From positions 157,108,001 to 157,172,000 of the forward strand of contig OZ360220.1 in the NCBI GenBank assembly GCA_977017645.1: DNA of 64,000 nucleotides, read 5' to 3'. This DNA comes from Torpedo marmorata. Lineage: Eukaryota. The position numbers and the translations under genes were made by a program. The notes below the pieces were generated by a model that saw nothing but the letters and a program-made list of their open reading frames with translations, ran no database searches and had not been told where the DNA came from. Shown here one piece after another: positions 63,525-64,000 of the stretch; within the stretch, counting starts at the first letter, position 1, and the number at the start of each line of letters is the position of its first letter.

Positions 63525-64000
63525 AAAAAATATAAATGCTGGAGAAATTCAGCAGGTCAAACAGTGTCATTTATGCAGCAAAGGTAGAAATACATAACCG
63601 ACGTTTCGGGCTTGAGCCCTTCATCAAAGTATGAGAAAATGCTTCAGACGTCCGAACAAAAGAGTGAGGGGGGAAGGGCGGGTGGTGGCAAAAGCAGGAG
63701 ATGATAGGTGGAGAAAGGAGGGAGGGGACAGCAGCAAAGAGGGGGAGGAGGGATGGCTGGGTGGGTGAAAAAAAAACAGGAAGGAAAGCTGAGGGGGGAG
63801 GGGAAGGAAACGACTAGCAGGTTTAGTGGAAAGCAAAAAAGTCAATGTTAATGCCATCTGGCTGGAGAGAGCCGAGACGGAAAATGAGATGTTGTTCCTC
63901 CAATTTGCGGGTAGTCTGGGTGGGATAGTACATAAGGCCATGGACAGACATGTGAGTGTGGGAGTGTGACCCGGAATTGAAATGGTTGGCTACTGGGAGG
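63525..64000 (-). mobile_element. Duplicate of the left arm of the 52.4-kb Penelope element (cut by the window end)
   Basis: Near-identical to 52387-52862, including the satellite junction; offset 11,138 bp. Hammerhead motif at 63596-63627. Confidence 0.92.

Larger units (their letters stand above)
44570..64000 (+). repeat. G-rich tandem satellite of 24-bp (GGGGTTAGGGTAGACAGGAGTAGA) and 21-bp (GGGGTTAGGGTAGACAGTAGA) units, interrupted by three TE insertions and running off the window
   Basis: Directly visible. Degenerate at the left edge (44570-44745), then regular. Confidence 0.97.

Noticed and set aside
44570-64000. CRISPR array or true telomere
   Set aside because: No unique spacers and no cas genes in this eukaryotic context; no tandem (TTAGGG)n runs.

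Overview
Vertebrate genomic DNA. The repeat complement (HE1/V-SINE-like SINEs, CR1, Rex1/Babar, L1, Penelope-like elements) suggests a cartilaginous fish, possibly a ray; this is inference only. The window has four zones. (1) 1-8.3 kb is CpG-poor intronic DNA full of old retroposons. (2) About 8.3-34.5 kb is a repeat-poor, CpG-retaining domain. It holds coding exons 1-3 of a minus-strand LIM-homeobox gene of the Lhx2/9 family (best call lhx2) plus its upstream regulatory region. The homeodomain exons were not found and probably lie left of the window. (3) 34.5-44.5 kb is a transposon cluster. It includes a 1.9-kb fold-back Penelope-like element with a 12-bp TSD, two open GIY-YIG endonuclease frames and two hammerhead-ribozyme-like motifs. 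It also includes a 111-bp ribozyme-only insertion with its own TSD, a composite hAT MITE, and a Rex1/Babar LINE nested in another hAT MITE. (4) 44.6 kb to the window end is a >19-kb G-rich satellite of 21/24-bp units, each carrying GGGTTAGGG. It shows higher-order duplications of about 2.87 kb and 11.1 kb and contains further Penelope and Rex1 insertions. Splice sites, TSDs and ORF ends were read base by base; boundaries of old repeats are approximate.
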